From a virus (taxonomy: Duplodnaviria; Caudoviricetes): a DNA stretch of 64,000 nt. The position numbers were made by a program, and so were the translations under genes. Every line of letters begins with the position of its first letter. Positions within the stretch are counted from its first letter, which is position 1. Of this stretch, positions 55,334-64,000 are shown one piece after another. The notes below the pieces were generated by a model. That model saw nothing but the letters and a program-made list of their open reading frames with translations, ran no database searches and was not told where the DNA came from. The stretch is from IMG/VR virus record IMGVR_UViG_3300020371_000002, one strand, 5' to 3'.

Positions 55334-57889
55334 TTAACTTCCAGGACACTGAACTTTATTGACGACTGCAATTCCTCTTCTCTTAAGTTCTTCAGGACCA
55401 AGAGTGGTGGTAACTGTAGTCGTTCTGGGTGTATATACCATAATTGGCAGTAGTTCTGCACCACTACCAGTATTCGTATTTATTACGATATCTGGGCGGC
55501 GTTCGAACTCAGTTTGACATGTGAGATTCTTAATTCCGATAATAGAACCCTGTGGATTAAGTACAAGATCGAATGTACAATCCCCATAACGTCCTTGATC
55601 GCCAGATGTGTATCCAAGGCCAGGACGATCAACAAAAACGTCTGTAGCAATACCAACAGGAACACTACTTACACCTGCAACAACCCTAGTAGTTACATTA
55701 TAGGTTGTGGTGTCAGCAATACCAATATAATCATTTTCACTAATATCCCGAATCGCACCTTGTTCAATGTTGATATGATAGTTTGTAGAACCTTGTAAAG
55801 GTTTATCGGGACAGACTTTAATTGCTTTCTCACTTGTAAATGATACCTGAGAAATGTCGGTTATGTCAATCCTATCGTAAACTTCATTACTTTCAGTCTC
55901 TATAATACTAATATGTCCCTTTCCACGTTTAACTGCTTCATTAAATTCAAATGTGAAACAAGTATTTGTAGAGACACCAACAGCATTATCTGGTGGAACA
56001 AGAACACTAAGTCCTGGCGCAGTTGTATCAGGAATAAAGGTTCCATCTGGAAGATCTGGTAGTGGATCTGGGAATGGAATTGTTTCATCACTCTCAATAG
56101 AGGATGGGCAATATCCAAAGCCAGGATCTCTAATTACGGTATTAACTACTTTTCCACTACTATCAATAATTGCCTGTACTTGAGCTCCACCACCATGACC
56201 TGTCTTATCAATAATTGCAACACTTGGTGCTTCCTCATATCCTCTGCCTGGATTTGTAATCACAACCGCAAGGATTGATCCATCAGAGGCAACAATGGGG
56301 TAACCCAATGCTTCTTTACGAGAACGTCCAACAAACTCTACTTTTGGAGGGATACAAACTGGGAATACAAATCCAGGCGGTGTATTACCAATATCATCTT
56401 GACTCTTAGGATTATCTCTAAGATTATTACACTCGATGAATCCAGCATAGTCTCCACCCATTAATGTAAGGAAGGAGAAGTTTTCACCTGCAGCAGCAAG
56501 TTCATCAAGAGTCATTGAATCTCCATCAGTGATAAGTCCATCCATGATAGACACCTTATCAAGCATACCAGCAAGATTCTGTGCTGGTTGTGTGGAGAGA
56601 CCCCAACCAGAAGTCCAGTCGGTGACTTTTTTACAACTAAGAGAATCACAATCAAGGAAACTCAATAACTGATTCATGAACGAAGATACAGATGACAAAG
56701 CACTACTAACACTAGACAAAGCACCAGTCAACCAACTAATACCATCCATGATGGGTTCTAGTAGACCATTAAGTGTCTTCATCAAAGCGGCGACCATTGC
56801 AGCAGTTGCCTGTTCAGCAGCGCAAAGAGGTGCTGCAATGGTTTTACCAATCAGATTTTTTAAGAACCCAGTAATCATACCGAGCATATCAATGCCCAAT
56901 TTCTCAAAGATACAGAAAATAATATCCATGATCTTTTTGATTGCATTTGCAATCGGTTGTTGCTGAGGTTCAGGTACAATAAGAGCAACAAAATCTCTAA
57001 ACCTCTTACCCAACCACTTCATCAATCTATCTCTCAGATTGTTGAAGATTTTCTTCATGATGCCCATGATAATGGCACCAGTCTTACTAATCAGACGATT
57101 AATATCTGAGATGAAATTTTGTACTGCGTCAACATATACACCCAAGAAAGATGTAAGACTGTTTGTAGTAGCAATAAAACTCCTGATTGTGTTGGTGATT
57201 TCACTTAAGAAATTCTGGTCACAACCATTGGGAATAGTGACTTGTTGTCCACCTGCAGCAAATGCAGTTTCTGCATCACTCTCTGGAAAAATTCTATCTG
57301 GGTTCTTAGATGCTTTAGAAGAAGTTGAACTATCACTAGAACCAGAGTTGGCATTGTTCTGGGGAGTATCAAGTGTTTGATTTTCTTTTGGAGGTCTCTG
57401 GGTGATACCAGATTTCATCGTTGGTTGTGCTTCAATTCCAGAATAAGGTCTAAACCTAGAACTTCCTTCACTGAGAACTTCGCTTGATGTAATTGTACTA
57501 GTAGCACTAGCATTTCTGTAGAGGGATCCAAATACAACAGGTTGTTGTCCCTCGTCACCATCCATGAAGAAACCAAAAACAGTTTCTCCACCAACCATTA
57601 AACTTGATTCGCCTAATGCACCATGTCCCGCTCCATGAGAAGCAGGAAGCATAACGTGAGCCCATGGCAAATCTTTATCTGGTAATTCATTACCATTAAA
57701 AGGATGATACCCAATAATACGGACTTTACAACGATAAGCCCAACTCATACCCAATTCTTTCTCATTTTGAGATTGAACGATTTCAGTTTTATCGTCTCTC
57801 CAATACTTAGGATGAGCTACTTGTCCAATCCACCATGTGAATTGATCACGTCCAAGAAATTGAGATTTTAAAAGGGTATCATCAATCAT
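55334..57889 (-). CDS. gp5: Baseplate hub/spike gp5 (OB-fold N-terminus)
   Basis: FTWWIGQV, RCKVRIIGYH, LPWAHVMLP, GETVFGFFMDG..QQPVVFGSL. Confidence 0.88.
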   Translation of the reverse strand: MIDDTLLKSQFLGRDQFTWWIGQVAHPKYWRDDKTEIVQSQNEKELGMSWAYRCKVRIIGYHPFNGNELPDKDLPWAHVMLPASHGAGHGALGESSLMVGGETVFGFFMDGDEGQQPVVFGSLYRNASATSTITSSEVLSEGSSRFRPYSGIEAQPTMKSGITQRPPKENQTLDTPQNNANSGSSDSSTSSKASKNPDRIFPESDAETAFAAGGQQVTIPNGCDQNFLSEITNTIRSFIATTNSLTSFLGVYVDAVQNFISDINRLISKTGAIIMGIMKKIFNNLRDRLMKWLGKRFRDFVALIVPEPQQQPIANAIKKIMDIIFCIFEKLGIDMLGMITGFLKNLIGKTIAAPLCAAEQATAAMVAALMKTLNGLLEPIMDGISWLTGALSSVSSALSSVSSFMNQLLSFLDCDSLSCKKVTDWTSGWGLSTQPAQNLAGMLDKVSIMDGLITDGDSMTLDELAAAGENFSFLTLMGGDYAGFIECNNLRDNPKSQDDIGNTPPGFVFPVCIPPKVEFVGRSRKEALGYPIVASDGSILAVVITNPGRGYEEAPSVAIIDKTGHGGGAQVQAIIDSSGKVVNTVIRDPGFGYCPSSIESDETIPFPDPLPDLPDGTFIPDTTAPGLSVLVPPDNAVGVSTNTCFTFEFNEAVKRGKGHISIIETESNEVYDRIDITDISQVSFTSEKAIKVCPDKPLQGSTNYHINIEQGAIRDISENDYIGIADTTTYNVTTRVVAGVSSVPVGIATDVFVDRPGLGYTSGDQGRYGDCTFDLVLNPQGSIIGIKNLTCQTEFERRPDIVINTNTGSGAELLPIMVYTPRTTTVTTTLGPEELKRRGIAVVNKVQCPGS

Positions 57890-57895
57890 TTGTTA

Positions 57896-58123
57896 TCAGT
57901 CGTCGTAAATTAGACACTCAGGTTCGGATGGATTCTGGTCACAAAAGAGTTCGAGGTATGTCGGATCGTGATGATCTCCCGCTTCAATCTCTGCTTTATG
58001 ATGTTCTACATACTCTTCCAGATCATGCAGTTCGCCTTCAATGTGACGACGCATTTGTGGATTTGTTGTGGGATCTTGGAGGATTTCTTTATCCTTTGCG
58101 ATGTGTTGTTCGATGTTTTCCAT
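57896..58123 (-). CDS. cp12: Calvin cycle inhibitor CP12
   Basis: C-terminal LELFCDQNPSEPECLIYDD (C-x8-C) motif. Confidence 0.9.
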   Translation of the reverse strand: MENIEQHIAKDKEILQDPTTNPQMRRHIEGELHDLEEYVEHHKAEIEAGDHHDPTYLELFCDQNPSEPECLIYDD

Positions 58124-58134
58124 ATTAGGTTAGA

Positions 58135-59433
58135 TCATAGGCCATACGAGTCTCTAATCACAGTCATAGAAGTAGTCGCTTTACCCTTTTCAAAATGATG
58201 CCTCAAATTCTTAATGAGGTAATAACCACTAGCCTCTTCATCAATTTCGACTCTTGTGTTTGTGTTAGATGCCACATTGGGCAAAATAACTTTAACAATA
58301 TCACCAGCCCTTAGGCTAGCGTTTAAAGGCACATTGATATTTAGTGCCTGTGTGAACAGCAAGTTATACCTTGAGAAGGATCTTGCCATATCAGCATTGT
58401 CTCTACCAGATGTTAGATCAATAGAGTCGTTGAACATTCCGCGATCAGATGTTCGTACTAATATTCTACTCGGAACTTCAGCAAAAAACTCAGGTAAACC
58501 GAAATTGTCATTCTCTCCTAACTTATTGCCTAGTTCTTGTGACAAAGTATATTCATACTTATCCAATGACATCTTATATGGATCAAAGAAATATGTGTCA
58601 TTTCCATATAATCCGATTCTAAGATTCTTCAGTAAGTCAGTATTCTGACTTAAAACGTGATGAATAATCTTATTAGTATTCTCTGGATCAGCACCACCAT
58701 CGATACTGGAAGTATAAGTTAAGGTCTGAATGTCTTTATCATTACCTCCAATGGCTTGGGTTGTCTTAGATACCATCGACTCAATACTTCTAAAGTTAAA
58801 TCCATCCTGATTCTCATAAAAGAAATATCCTGATGTACCTTTAGATTTACCAGTCTCTCCACTACCACTAACACCAGCAGGACCCGCAGATGCAGGAACT
58901 GCCTTTGGACCCAACCAAGTTAGAACACTGAATGGTTTCTTTAAATTACCATAGAAACCGTAATTATTTTTTGTTGGTTCAATCTCTCCAATTCTATCAG
59001 TTTCAAGAACTTCTGTCAAAATTTTCTCAACAGTCGAACTAATACTCAAAGATCTATCATACTTCTTAGTGCATCTAGTAGTTTCGTTATTGATTGCTTC
59101 CAAAGAAGAAAGATTGAGAGTAAAACTTTCAGAACTCTCCCTTGCCATATATCCAGTGACTCCAGTCACATACAGAGGGTTATCATCCTTTCTACTCAAT
59201 GTCCCCATCAAGTTTGCAATTTCAACATCAAACCTCTCTCCACTACGAATAGGCAGTCCGTTATAAAGACCCGCAGTGTTTACAATTCTTGCCTTTGCAG
59301 TAATTGCAGGAGATAGTATATCCTCAAAATAATCAAACTCTGCGATAAAATTTGAAATATCGATAGCATTTGATTCATCATTAGCAGTAAGAACTGCTTG
59401 ATTATATTTTACGGCATCTAAATTTACAGCCAT
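58135..59433 (-). CDS. Putative baseplate hub protein (gp27/GpD-like)
   Basis: position before gp5; YFFYENQDGFNFRSIE, LRAGDIVKV, GYYLIKNLRH motifs. Confidence 0.55.
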   Translation of the reverse strand: MAVNLDAVKYNQAVLTANDESNAIDISNFIAEFDYFEDILSPAITAKARIVNTAGLYNGLPIRSGERFDVEIANLMGTLSRKDDNPLYVTGVTGYMARESSESFTLNLSSLEAINNETTRCTKKYDRSLSISSTVEKILTEVLETDRIGEIEPTKNNYGFYGNLKKPFSVLTWLGPKAVPASAGPAGVSGSGETGKSKGTSGYFFYENQDGFNFRSIESMVSKTTQAIGGNDKDIQTLTYTSSIDGGADPENTNKIIHHVLSQNTDLLKNLRIGLYGNDTYFFDPYKMSLDKYEYTLSQELGNKLGENDNFGLPEFFAEVPSRILVRTSDRGMFNDSIDLTSGRDNADMARSFSRYNLLFTQALNINVPLNASLRAGDIVKVILPNVASNTNTRVEIDEEASGYYLIKNLRHHFEKGKATTSMTVIRDSYGL

Positions 59434-61349
59434 TAGGAAGTTAACTTATGAAAGAGCATTTGTTGAGATAATCTCATCATCATAGCGTTGGCAGACTCTG
59501 GAATAATAGCAGTCTGAGATCCGCCAGTCTGCATAACCATAGGTGTTTTGGTAGATCCAGGAATACCACCCATGGCAACAATCGTCGTACTATTTAACGT
59601 AGTTCTTGGATTATTGTATGATGTATATTGACTAACCAAGTTTGTATCCGTTTCTTCTCTTCGTACAGGTTGAACAAGTCGATCATTAACCATTAATCCT
59701 TGGTTAGGATTATTAATCTGACCCTGTTCACTTCTCAAATATTCCTGCTGATCAAAAAGATATTTGTACTCTTTAGCAGTCTCTCCCGTACCCTGCATCC
59801 ATTGTTCGCCATCGAATCTTTCATAGACAGTCTTGTCTTTCCCACGAACACTAGTTGCAGGAATAACTCTCTTTCGGATCTCATTTTCCTTCGGTTCTAA
59901 TTGAGCCAGTTCTGTAGGTGGAGTTTCAGTAGTGACTGATTTTGCAGTAGAACTAATTTCAGTCGAAGCATTCTTTGTCTTTTTTTCTGGTTCTACAGTT
60001 GTTGCACCAGGCATTCTATAAATTTTTCCTGTATTTCGGTAATACGCATTATAATCTTCTGGGGATGCTTCCCAAGAAAGTGATGCATTTTTTGAAGAGT
60101 TTGATAATACATTACCATTCTCAAGAACAACACCAATGTGTGCTTGAGGATCAGTTGCGTGATTATCATACATGACCATGACATCACCAGCTTGTCTTTG
60201 ATTTATAGGAACCTCAGTATATCCAGCATCAATCATTTTCTGTTCAGCAGTAGGAACCCACAGTGATGATCCCCAAGGTGGTGTTAGACCTGCTTGTTCA
60301 TAGACCTGATTAACTGCCCAAACACAACCATTTTTACCATAATCAGTTTCTGCACGATTACTATTCAGTCCTCTAAGACTTTCAGCAGCATCTGCAAGAG
60401 ATTTACTATCACCAGAAGATCCAGGAATATCAGTTGGTGGAGAATCATTACTTACTTGAGTGACATCAGAACTAGTTGTTGTATTGGTAGTTCTTCTAAT
60501 TTCACCATTTTCACTCAACAACTTACCAAAGTCATCAACTGCAGAATCAAATTTATTCAATTCAAGCATAGAACTTTGAGGTTCTACATTAGAGAATGAT
60601 GTCTGGTCACTAACATTGGCATTGGTAGTAGTTTCACCTTTATCTTCATTATCAACTGCGTCTTTTACATCCTTTGCAATCAATCCTGCATCAATAGCAA
60701 CTGATGCAGCAGTACCCCATCCAGGCACTGTAGATGCAGCACCCGATAAAAACTCCATAGCAGCACCAGCCATATCACCTTTGGCTGCCCTATCAATTGC
60801 AAAAGTAGTACCTAAAACAAGACCAACAAGAGGGAGTTTTTTAGCAAGAAGTTTAGCAGTACCCTTCTTTGCAAGTTGTTCTGTTCCCTCTTTGGTAACC
60901 GCTTTACCAGCGGCTTCTAATCCCTCTCTAGTAACAGTTTTACTTGCTTTAACTGCTGTACCCGTACCAACTTTTGCTGTTTTTTCTGCACCCTCTTTGA
61001 CAAAAAGTCCTTTAACTCTACCAAACATATTACCAGCAAACTTCTTGCCCTTTGAAGCAAGTTGCGTAACCATATCCACGGCGCCTATTGCACCAATACC
61101 AAGGATTGCTGTTAGGACATTACCCGCCGTACCTTTACCTTTGTTATCAACTTGGAAATTACCAGACTTAAGTTTTTTTAAGTCCTTGTCAGCAATATCA
61201 TCCTGACCCTCCAATTTATCATTAGCTCTTTCAAGATAATTGGATAAAGAAACATACTTCTTTTTAGCTTCACCAAGAGATTTCTTCTTTCTCTTGAATA
61301 GTGAATCTACAACTCTTTGTTTTCTGACTAACTTATTTCCAATGGCCAT
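59433..61349 (-). CDS. Baseplate hub/tape-measure-like protein with NlpC/P60 (CHAP-like) peptidoglycan peptidase domain
   Basis: GCVWAVNQVY...AGDVMV...HIGVV...SNSS (Cys-His dyad). Confidence 0.7.
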   Translation of the reverse strand: MAIGNKLVRKQRVVDSLFKRKKKSLGEAKKKYVSLSNYLERANDKLEGQDDIADKDLKKLKSGNFQVDNKGKGTAGNVLTAILGIGAIGAVDMVTQLASKGKKFAGNMFGRVKGLFVKEGAEKTAKVGTGTAVKASKTVTREGLEAAGKAVTKEGTEQLAKKGTAKLLAKKLPLVGLVLGTTFAIDRAAKGDMAGAAMEFLSGAASTVPGWGTAASVAIDAGLIAKDVKDAVDNEDKGETTTNANVSDQTSFSNVEPQSSMLELNKFDSAVDDFGKLLSENGEIRRTTNTTTSSDVTQVSNDSPPTDIPGSSGDSKSLADAAESLRGLNSNRAETDYGKNGCVWAVNQVYEQAGLTPPWGSSLWVPTAEQKMIDAGYTEVPINQRQAGDVMVMYDNHATDPQAHIGVVLENGNVLSNSSKNASLSWEASPEDYNAYYRNTGKIYRMPGATTVEPEKKTKNASTEISSTAKSVTTETPPTELAQLEPKENEIRKRVIPATSVRGKDKTVYERFDGEQWMQGTGETAKEYKYLFDQQEYLRSEQGQINNPNQGLMVNDRLVQPVRREETDTNLVSQYTSYNNPRTTLNSTTIVAMGGIPGSTKTPMVMQTGGSQTAIIPESANAMMMRLSQQMLFHKLTS

Positions 61350-61360
61350 GATAGTCTATC

Positions 61361-63115
61361 CTATGTCGTAGAGATCAGATTGTAAGTGCTCATGGTCCCA
61401 AGTCTATAAAGATTATCCTCATCGAAAGGCATATGGAATGGAACAGAATTACCCTGAATACTTGGTGCAGGAACATTTGACGGATCTAACTGAGCCATAT
61501 CACCCATGGGAAGCATAGTAAAGTTTACGTTATCTTCTCCCTTTGTCTCTGTTTGAGGAATCTGTGCAACTTGTTCAATAGTATCAGAAGAGGTTGCCGC
61601 ATTGGATTGTTCTCCTAATGGATCAACCTTAGAATCTGGAGAAGTTGTTGTGACATTATTTTGGATCCTCTGAAGATTATTTTGATAAACTCTCAAACTA
61701 TCAGAAGCAGTTCTAGATGTCTGATTATATTTTGGTGTTAAACTTGCCCATATATCACCCAACTTTTCCATATCAGCCTCAGTAAGAGGTTTATTGAGAT
61801 CAACTCCCTTTTCCTTGGCAAGGAACATCATAAGTTTATTCTGATATTCTTCACTGAAAGTTTGTTTAGTAATATCTACGTTAGGATCCATTCTTCTAGC
61901 ATGATCTAAAAGGAAAGTAAACTGACCAGCACCAACTGCAGCAGATCTATCAGTTTTTCCAGTCATATCAGTAAACAGCGACTGGTCATCCTTTAAAAAC
62001 TTTGTCTGAAGATCGTCTACTTCTTGGAGAGTCTTTCCAGTAATATCACCATACTTCATTTCACCTTCACGATCACCAAACCATCTACTATAACCACCTT
62101 CCTTAGCAGTTCCCTCTAACTGAGTGATCGTTTGAATTGCTGCCTTGGCATTATTAGTAGTTACTCCAGGCGTATCTACATTACTACCCATTGCAGTAGT
62201 GGTAGGAGTCGATGTAGTTTCTGTTGTTTCTGGTGATGATGTCTTTGGTGGAGGAGGAGGTGCGAATCCACCTAAGAAATCCTGAAACTTTTTAACTGTT
62301 TTATTAAATAAATTAACCTCTTTCTCGGGAATTGGAGGAGGAGCATCAATTTGCGAAGGATCTACTTCACCTGCGGCTGCAGGTTGGGCCATTGCCATAC
62401 CTCCAGCAGCCAATGCACCAAAAGCACCAAGTCCAAGAAGGAGTTTACCCTTCTTGCTTTTCATAAAATTACTTGCGTTTGGAACGTTTGTTTTTACTTT
62501 TTTATCTTTTGTAGCGTTCAGAAAGTCTCTACGCATCCATCTGGGCAATTTACCCCAAGATCCCAGATTTAAACCACCCAATAAGCCAGGAAGAACACCA
62601 CCCTTCTTAGCAATCTTTCCAAGATCACCAATGAATCCTTTGATGAATTTTCTTACTTTACCTATAGTTTCTGTGGTATCCTCAAGGGATTCCCTAATTC
62701 CTTCAAATCCTTTAGCGAATGCAGCAACAGTAGTAGGATCTGCGACCCCTCTCATGTAATCTGCAATACTTCCGAAAGAGTTCAGAAGGCCATCAAGTTG
62801 AGGCATTCTGACCTGAGCAGACAGTGAACCTCTCTTAGACAAACTATCATCAACCTTTTGATTGATGACCTTATTAATATTAACTGTTGAATTTTCTCCA
62901 CCTCCCTGTAGAGATTGGGAGATGTTTTTAATTGTTTGACTTAAACCACCAGGCGCACCCTTTACATTACCCCTAAAAGCGCCTCGTAGTTTTGCACCAA
63001 TTGTACCCTTACCACCAAAAAACTTGGATGCACCTAGAGTTCGGTTACCAGATCCAATACGTCTAGTACCCCTACGTCTTACGATTCTACCAGGTTTAAT
63101 AGATGCTAACTTCAT
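61361..63115 (-). CDS. Baseplate hub/tape-measure-like protein with lambda-R-like lytic transglycosylase domain
   Basis: TITQLEGT..YSRWFG..SAAVGAGQF..FSEEYQNKL. Confidence 0.7.
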   Translation of the reverse strand: MKLASIKPGRIVRRRGTRRIGSGNRTLGASKFFGGKGTIGAKLRGAFRGNVKGAPGGLSQTIKNISQSLQGGGENSTVNINKVINQKVDDSLSKRGSLSAQVRMPQLDGLLNSFGSIADYMRGVADPTTVAAFAKGFEGIRESLEDTTETIGKVRKFIKGFIGDLGKIAKKGGVLPGLLGGLNLGSWGKLPRWMRRDFLNATKDKKVKTNVPNASNFMKSKKGKLLLGLGAFGALAAGGMAMAQPAAAGEVDPSQIDAPPPIPEKEVNLFNKTVKKFQDFLGGFAPPPPPKTSSPETTETTSTPTTTAMGSNVDTPGVTTNNAKAAIQTITQLEGTAKEGGYSRWFGDREGEMKYGDITGKTLQEVDDLQTKFLKDDQSLFTDMTGKTDRSAAVGAGQFTFLLDHARRMDPNVDITKQTFSEEYQNKLMMFLAKEKGVDLNKPLTEADMEKLGDIWASLTPKYNQTSRTASDSLRVYQNNLQRIQNNVTTTSPDSKVDPLGEQSNAATSSDTIEQVAQIPQTETKGEDNVNFTMLPMGDMAQLDPSNVPAPSIQGNSVPFHMPFDEDNLYRLGTMSTYNLISTT

Positions 63116-63297
63116 TTATTCAGTGCAGCTCTTTGTTGGGCTTTGAGATTCTCGTCTTCAATATGTTGTTTAAGTAATCCAACATAGATGTCCCTTTCCC
63201 AAGGCATCATATTTTCGATCTCTGTTAATGAATATTTATGGAACTGCATGAGAGCGAAATTGATTCTGTAGTATGCCTCCAGATTCATCTGGGACAT
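63112..63297 (-). CDS. gp51: Baseplate hub assembly catalyst gp51
   Basis: YYRINFALMQFHKYSLTEIENMMPWERDIYV. Confidence 0.88.
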   Translation of the reverse strand: MSQMNLEAYYRINFALMQFHKYSLTEIENMMPWERDIYVGLLKQHIEDENLKAQQRAALNK

Positions 63298-63299
63298 AA

Positions 63300-64000
63300 C
63301 TAAGCGAAAAAACTTGTTAATCCCTCAAGCACGACAGTATTTTTCTTTTGAGTGTTGGGATTCATTACCTCAACAGTATGAGAAAGTTTTGGCATGGTAT
63401 CGAAAAACTCTTCGATTTGCTTGAATTGACTAGAGGTTAATCCCTCAATCCAAGAAACCAATTCCTTCTTAGTAAGATCCTCGCTAGCCCAGGCATCTTC
63501 TTCAGTATAAATCTGTTCAATGCACGCTGCAATGACTTCAAAGGATTGTTCGACTTCGGATACGTCATCTCCCTGTACTACGAAATTGTTCTTTACAAAT
63601 TCGTCAAGAGAAGGATATTTCATACGAATGGTAATATCCTTATCAATCTGAATATCTTGTTTGTGATTCTCATTCATTTGAACTTGAATCTCATCAATAA
63701 AGACGCTGACTGGAACTTGGGTTGTACCATCATCACCACAAGTAACCACTAGTTCAACTGCTTCTGATACAGACTTACCACGAATGTTGAGGAACAAATA
63801 CTCGATGTCAAAAGTAGGCAGACTCTCTACTTTTACTCCTCTAGTTTGTACACATTCTTTTAATACTTGTTTGATTGCGTTAGTAATTTGTTTAGGGTTT
63901 CCGCTTTCTAACGCTAGAATAAGAACTTTCTCTTCTTTTACTAGGAATGGTCTATACTTAACAGTTTTTCCAGTGGAAGGTAAAGTCAACTCATAGAGTG
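63300..64000 (-). CDS. gp26: Baseplate hub subunit gp26, start beyond window edge
   Basis: YELTLPSTGK..YRPFLVKEEK..FDIEYLFLNIRGKSV..MKYPS..FFDTMPKL. Confidence 0.92.
   Translation of the reverse strand, partial: LYELTLPSTGKTVKYRPFLVKEEKVLILALESGNPKQITNAIKQVLKECVQTRGVKVESLPTFDIEYLFLNIRGKSVSEAVELVVTCGDDGTTQVPVSVFIDEIQVQMNENHKQDIQIDKDITIRMKYPSLDEFVKNNFVVQGDDVSEVEQSFEVIAACIEQIYTEEDAWASEDLTKKELVSWIEGLTSSQFKQIEEFFDTMPKLSHTVEVMNPNTQKKNTVVLEGLTSFFA

Noticed and set aside
1-64000. Photosynthesis genes (psbA, psbD, hli), introns, homing endonucleases, smpB
   Set aside because: No supporting motifs seen in this window; they may lie elsewhere in the genome

Overview
This window comes from a T4-like marine cyanomyophage genome. 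Nearly every gene is on the minus strand. In coordinate order it contains: (1) 1-16.4 kb, baseplate wedge genes (a giant repeat-rich structural ORF running off the left edge and absent from the ORF track, a gp9/10-motif protein, a gp7-like giant, gp6, gp25); (2) 16.4-19 kb, small conserved genes including PRTase-like and GT-A-like proteins; (3) about 19-36.6 kb, a dense early-type region of short ORFs with a repeated palindromic promoter box, a ligase-like protein, a probable NblA-like peptide missed by the ORF track, an SF2 helicase, 2OG-Fe(II) oxygenases and a DUF262/HNH (GmrSD-like) protein; (4) 36.7-50.5 kb, a tail-fibre island (the only convincing plus-strand gene, a Gly-rich adhesin; a 2260-aa fibre with S74 chaperone; several oxygenases; a carbamoyltransferase); (5) 50.5-51.3 kb, tRNA-Leu, tRNA-Thr and tRNA-Ala with a circularly permuted two-piece tmRNA between Thr and Ala; (6) 51.3-64 kb, the baseplate hub module (gp5, CP12, NlpC/P60 and lysozyme-bearing proteins, gp51, gp26). 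The most notable signals are the phage-borne permuted tmRNA with an altered tag, a ~43-nt promoter-to-terminator sRNA complementary to the cyanobacterial Yfr1 motif, and 12-13 copies of a fixed-spacing palindromic early-promoter element. All calls come from reading motifs by eye; no database searches were run.
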